A program made the translations under genes and the position numbers. From the NCBI GenBank assembly GCA_003144275.1, contig NJBF01000023.1, positions 1-32,000 of the forward strand: 32,000 nucleotides of DNA, written 5' to 3'. The notes beneath the pieces are model-generated. The model made no database searches, was not told where the DNA came from, and saw only the letters and a program-made list of their open reading frames with translations. This document shows, piece after piece, positions 27,784-32,000 of this stretch (the stretch's first letter is position 1; every line of letters starts with the position of its first letter). This stretch comes from Candidatus Heimdallarchaeota archaeon B3_Heim. GTDB taxonomy: Archaea; Asgardarchaeota; Heimdallarchaeia; Hodarchaeales; Hodarchaeaceae.

Positions 27784-29337
27784 ATGGAGTTAATGGACAG
27801 TTTACTGCAAGGATTGACTATTGACCAGCGGGATTATCAGTTGCAGGCGGTGCAAGAAATTCTCACCCACCACAAAGAATCGCGTTCAATTCTGTTAAAC
27901 TATCCATATGGGACTGGAAAAACAATCATCGCTCTTCTTGTTCTATTAAAACTCCGGATGGATGAACCAAGTAAACAATTCATCTTCACTTCTGCTCGGG
28001 AGGCTGCTGGTTTACGATGTCGTCAAGCTGTGGAGATGGGAAAAGAATTTGGGTTTGTAGACCGACTAGGTTATCTCTTTAATCCTCAAATTGGAGGAAA
28101 AGGATTGAATCTATCACAAAAGTTAAAAATGTACCAAGCTTCCCAAGTCATCTTTTCTCCTATCCAAACTCTTATGAATGATCGTTTTCAGATTAAATCT
28201 CGTCTCAAAGTTGATATTTTTGCCAATGTTTCTCTTTGCATTGTTGATGAAGCCACAGATCTACTTGCCCGATCCATGACTGGCTTTCGTTTATCGAAAT
28301 ACTTCCAAGAATTATTCCAAGTTCGAAAACAAACGAACAATTTTCCCATACTTGCCATGTCAGGGACAAGAGATCAATACAAAGCTCAATTTATTATGCA
28401 AGTACTTGGTGAAGACGCTCACCAAATGTCCCGTTTAGACTTATCACCCTATGAAACCATCACTCAAATCAAACCGATAGTACGGGAAGATTATATCAAG
28501 AATGATCAAACGATTTCTAATTTATTGACCAAACCTGTCGGGACCATTCAAGAAATCCTTGATCCCAATCTAAGTCGTTTAGAAATTGTCAAACTGTCAT
28601 ATGGAGGAGTCCTTGATCGATTACGAGGTGATCAAAGTACCTATCCAATCAAACTGGGCAAATATCGAGTTACAACTAATGATGATCGTATCCAACTAAT
28701 TAATGCTTTTGCCCTACTTTTTAAACTAACACACGCCCGTTTACTTCTCCTTGAAAGCACTCCTGGGGAATATCTCAAATATACAAAGAAAGAGGAAAAT
28801 AAGGAAGTTTTTTCTTCTCTGATAGAAGTAAGTTCACAAATCATCTCCTATCGAGTTGATTTGCCTCGTTATGATAAGCCTGAGGAAGTTACAACCCGTG
28901 GATTAATCCATCCGAAAATAGAAATGGCTATAAATATAATTCATGAACACATCATTCGAGGGGCCAAAGTACTACTATTCACACGCTATTTAGCTTTGGG
29001 TGATCAATTACGAATGATACTGGAAACCCTACAGTATCCTGGGGTCAAATATCTTTCTGGTAAAACAAAGGAAGAATCACGTCATATTATCCTTAATCAA
29101 TTTCGTAAAGAGGATGTTAATGTTCTGATTTTCACTCCTGTAGGTGGTCGGGGATTAAATTTAGAGGAAGCGGACGTGGTTATCCATTTAGATATTACTA
29201 GTAATCTAGATGATATGACACAACGTAGGGAACGGGCAAGAGGGTGTATTGAGTACGTTCTTGTCTTACAGGGGACAAGTGAAGAAGCGAAAGTAAAGGA
29301 GTATGCTAAGCTAACTAACGCTTCAACGGTTGAGTGA
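27784..29337 (+). CDS. SF2 helicase, Hef/FANCM-like, without nuclease domain
   Basis: RDYQ, PYGTGKT, IFSPIQTLMND, IVDEAT, AMSGT, HPK, LLFTRY, GGRGLNL, QRRERARG. Confidence 0.83.
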   Translation: MELMDSLLQGLTIDQRDYQLQAVQEILTHHKESRSILLNYPYGTGKTIIALLVLLKLRMDEPSKQFIFTSAREAAGLRCRQAVEMGKEFGFVDRLGYLFNPQIGGKGLNLSQKLKMYQASQVIFSPIQTLMNDRFQIKSRLKVDIFANVSLCIVDEATDLLARSMTGFRLSKYFQELFQVRKQTNNFPILAMSGTRDQYKAQFIMQVLGEDAHQMSRLDLSPYETITQIKPIVREDYIKNDQTISNLLTKPVGTIQEILDPNLSRLEIVKLSYGGVLDRLRGDQSTYPIKLGKYRVTTNDDRIQLINAFALLFKLTHARLLLLESTPGEYLKYTKKEENKEVFSSLIEVSSQIISYRVDLPRYDKPEEVTTRGLIHPKIEMAINIIHEHIIRGAKVLLFTRYLALGDQLRMILETLQYPGVKYLSGKTKEESRHIILNQFRKEDVNVLIFTPVGGRGLNLEEADVVIHLDITSNLDDMTQRRERARGCIEYVLVLQGTSEEAKVKEYAKLTNASTVE

Positions 29338-29398
29338 ATCCAACGTACACTACGTCGTTTTAGATCTGACCCCATTTACCTGAACTTTCACCTTCGAT

Positions 29399-30736
29399 TT
29401 AAAGCTCTGATCCACAGAAAGCACAGAACTTAGCATTTGGTAACAATATATTACCACAAGAATAACATCTCTCTCGGTTGTCAGAGATAACTGTAGGAAT
29501 GAAATCTGGCTGGTGAAGAAGGATTCTAGAATTATCTTCTTCAACCGAATCTGAAACAAAGAGAGGGTGTGTAATTGGTGTCACTTTGAATACAATCAAA
29601 GTTAGGACTACTATCATTGCTACGAAGAAAGATACTTGTATTAAATAAAACATTAATTCTAAAGCCTCAGATTCGGGAATTAACACATCTCCAACAAGAT
29701 CGAGAAAAATCGGAACCGCTCCAGAAACTACAATAAACCCTATTAGAAAAAAACTAAAACTGAACAAAGCCCCTGATTTATCTTTAGTCTCTGTAATGAT
29801 CTGTATCCAGATTGGTTTATACTTGTCTTTATTTTTTTGAAGTAGCTGTATAAGAAAGTATATTGATGCTGCTGCTCCAACTCCAAGAGCAATCAATGTC
29901 CAAGAAAGGATTAAAACTGTTATAATGGGAGATCCTACCTCAGGAAGATCAATATCAGAAAATTGACTCAAGGCGGCGAAACCGTTTGTCCCTGCATGAA
30001 ATAGGATAGGCCATAGGATATTTCGTGTCTTTAAATATAGAAAACCTAGAAGGAGACCACCCAGCAAAGTGCTAATAAAGTGCTCTATTGCGAAGCCTAA
30101 TGAGCCATTATATAGATCAGTGGGTGTGTGTTGTAATGAAAACAATAGGCTTGAAAATATTAATGCCCACGCTTGTCCGATCCCTCTTCGCTCAAATAAT
30201 GGAATTAACGTCCGTCGAAAGACTAATTCTTCCCAAATCGGGGCTCCTATAGCGAAAACACTAAAAAATAAAAATAAAAAAACCGGATCATTAGCTAACA
30301 CTGCTGTAGGACTAATTGTATCATAAGGCGATTCAGTTGTGAAGCCCTGCTCCTTTAAAAATGTATCTATCGGTAATAGAATGATGAAAATCAAAAAAAT
30401 ATTCATTGCATGCAAGAGGTAAGTAGTAAGAATATGCTGGCCTTTAGGAGTTGTTTTTTCTTCAGGCTCAATTCTACCATATCTATATAAAATTGTAAAT
30501 CCTATAATAGCCCCAATTTGGGCGCCAAAGTTCAGGATTAGGTGAAATATAGGTTCGTTTGTTTCTGTTACATGCAATATGTCATTAAAAATTCCGAAAA
30601 AGATTCCAAACCTGAAAACGTTTCCTATAAGATCAAAACATGATACAAGAAGTAAAATTACAGCAAAAACATAAGCTATATCTTTTGTATGAATTCTCGT
30701 TTTATCTTGCGATGTATTATCCAATGAATGTTCCAT
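29399..30736 (-). CDS. CPBP (type II CAAX / Abi) intramembrane metalloprotease with C-terminal zinc ribbon
   Basis: WEELVFRR (EExxxR), FSLQH (FxxxH), HAGTN (HxxxN), terminal CYSC...FCAFC. SD GAGGT upstream. Confidence 0.9.
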   Translation of the reverse strand: MEHSLDNTSQDKTRIHTKDIAYVFAVILLLVSCFDLIGNVFRFGIFFGIFNDILHVTETNEPIFHLILNFGAQIGAIIGFTILYRYGRIEPEEKTTPKGQHILTTYLLHAMNIFLIFIILLPIDTFLKEQGFTTESPYDTISPTAVLANDPVFLFLFFSVFAIGAPIWEELVFRRTLIPLFERRGIGQAWALIFSSLLFSLQHTPTDLYNGSLGFAIEHFISTLLGGLLLGFLYLKTRNILWPILFHAGTNGFAALSQFSDIDLPEVGSPIITVLILSWTLIALGVGAAASIYFLIQLLQKNKDKYKPIWIQIITETKDKSGALFSFSFFLIGFIVVSGAVPIFLDLVGDVLIPESEALELMFYLIQVSFFVAMIVVLTLIVFKVTPITHPLFVSDSVEEDNSRILLHQPDFIPTVISDNRERCYSCGNILLPNAKFCAFCGSEL

Positions 30737-30754
30737 TTATCATTACCTCAAAGT

Positions 30755-31708
30755 TTAAGATGGAAGAAAAAAGATTCCGAAAAAGAATGCACCTAACGCT
30801 ACCCACAATGACCAACGAGTGTATTTTCGTGCTTTTTTCCCGCCCTGAGATTTTTCTACAAAGATCGTATAACTCGTTAAGACTAGAATTGATGCAAAAA
30901 CAGCATCAAAAAACCAGAATACCAGATTCTTATAAATAAATGTTCCTGCAACAAGTGACGAAACTATTGCAATAGCAAAACAGATTGTTGCAACAATGCT
31001 TGCCATTTTTGTTCCGTACTTCACTGCTAATGAATTAAGATGCTGCTTTTTGTCTCCCTGAACGTCTTGAATGTCCTTTGCCACTTCTCGTCCCACACTC
31101 ATAAAGAGTGTCGTGTTTAGAATGATTAGACATGCTGTTATGGTCATTCCTTTTTGGGGATTTAGCAAAAAAAATCCCATGAACAATGGGGCAACATAGC
31201 CTATAGATACCCAGACATTACCGATAAACCCTAATTGCTTGACACCAAAATTATACCCTACACCAATTATGACGAATATTATCGTGAAGATTAGAAGGGC
31301 AATGGTTACCTTATAAATCAATACAAGACCGCTTATAATGAGAACAGCTGTTAAATATATTAAAAAAGTTAAAATCTTTACAAAATTTCTCGAAAGGTCT
31401 CCGCGGGCTAATGGACGGTCAAGACGTTGATTTGCTATATCGGTCTCGACATCAAAGAAGTCATTAATCGCCTGGTTTCCCCAAGTGAGAAGCATAGTAG
31501 CAAATAGACCAAATACTAGTCCTGGCCACTCCAACACACCGTTATTAAATAAGAATGTAATGAAGTCGGGGTTACTCCCCTCAAGAACAAAAACAATGAA
31601 GCCAGCAGAGAGAACGGCAAAACTACTTAAAATCCCAAGGGTAAAACGTAAAAGGTCTAATATTGCCCTAAATTGTGTCATACTCACGGTTGTCTCTCCA
31701 CTGATCAA
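30755..31708 (-). CDS. UbiA-family prenyltransferase, probable digeranylgeranylglyceryl phosphate (DGGGP) synthase
   Basis: NQAINDFFDVETDIAN...RPLARG and GREVAKDIQDVQGD motifs with multiple TMs. The likely start is ATG 31681. Confidence 0.88.
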   Translation of the reverse strand: MISGETTVSMTQFRAILDLLRFTLGILSSFAVLSAGFIVFVLEGSNPDFITFLFNNGVLEWPGLVFGLFATMLLTWGNQAINDFFDVETDIANQRLDRPLARGDLSRNFVKILTFLIYLTAVLIISGLVLIYKVTIALLIFTIIFVIIGVGYNFGVKQLGFIGNVWVSIGYVAPLFMGFFLLNPQKGMTITACLIILNTTLFMSVGREVAKDIQDVQGDKKQHLNSLAVKYGTKMASIVATICFAIAIVSSLVAGTFIYKNLVFWFFDAVFASILVLTSYTIFVEKSQGGKKARKYTRWSLWVALGAFFFGIFFLPS

Positions 31709-31872
31709 AATACGATAGAGCTGAAATTATGAAGGCATGAAACGACTTGGATTTTCTTCCTCAAATGTATTTTTCTCACGGAATTGCTAATTCCGAACTG
31801 AGAATTATTACTTGTTATCCCAAAGACAATATTGCCTGTCGAACCAGAATCAATAGCCAACATATAACTCAA
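31705..31872 (-). pseudogene. Possible N-terminal fragment of an ASKHA-fold kinase/ATPase
   Basis: AGGTGA SD 5 nt before TTG 31872. It reads MSYMLAIDSGSTG (phosphate-1 loop-like) and stops after 55 aa. Confidence 0.3.
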
Positions 31873-32000
31873 TGAACTCACCTAGAGACTAAGAAATCTG
31901 CAAAAATCTTCAGATAATGAACTAAAAGAGGAGTAGTTCAAGTTACGATTACCTTTAGGGAGTCTTTTATAAGGAGTATCTCAAATAAATATGTGGTTTG

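Noticed and set aside
940-31718. Short alternative-frame or antisense ORFs in the track (e.g. 3042-3257, 4405-4785, 8100-8354, 15650-15940, 19777-20445, 30069-30326, 31485-31718)
   Set aside because: They lie within better-supported genes and show no motifs. Antisense ORFs are expected opposite hydrophobic, AT-rich genes.
1-32000. CRISPR array, tRNA or rRNA genes
   Set aside because: No regularly spaced 25-45-bp repeats, cloverleaf or rRNA-like GC-rich segment was seen by eye. tRNAscan-SE or Infernal would be needed to exclude them formally.

Overview
AT-rich archaeal chromosomal window. A Rab/Ran-like small GTPase, a DGGGP synthase, PG/WG-TM-basic surface anchors, a tandem Lrp-type regulator and an ISH3-like IS together point to an Asgard archaeon, probably Heimdallarchaeia-like (inference, not a database result). 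It opens exactly on an intact-looking 1280-bp IS with 12-bp TIRs. Next come a redox/regulatory block (OYE flavin oxidoreductase, 7TM-HisKA protein with no ATPase domain, frameshifted polyferredoxin, a 54-aa Cys/His protein missing from the ORF track, HxlR regulator, cupin) and two transporters. These are followed by a phosphoesterase-GTPase pair, a surface metzincin, a PurR-like PRTase facing a complete ECF transporter, and a His-phosphatase with class II FBP aldolase. An AT-richer accessory block carries a stand-alone topoisomerase IA C-terminal fragment coupled to a 59-aa Zn finger also missing from the ORF track. The rest holds a transglutaminase-like protein, an iron-sulfur flavoprotein with an in-frame TGA at codon 7, a DDAH, DinB, a Hef-like helicase, a CPBP protease and the DGGGP synthase. 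The most striking locus is 24050-27208: a double-Lrp regulator divergent from a 56-aa secreted-peptide precursor (predicted 15-aa Pro-rich mature peptide), followed by a disrupted PAS-HisKA-HATPase-like gene. This layout resembles a peptide signalling cassette. I saw no rRNA, tRNA or CRISPR array.
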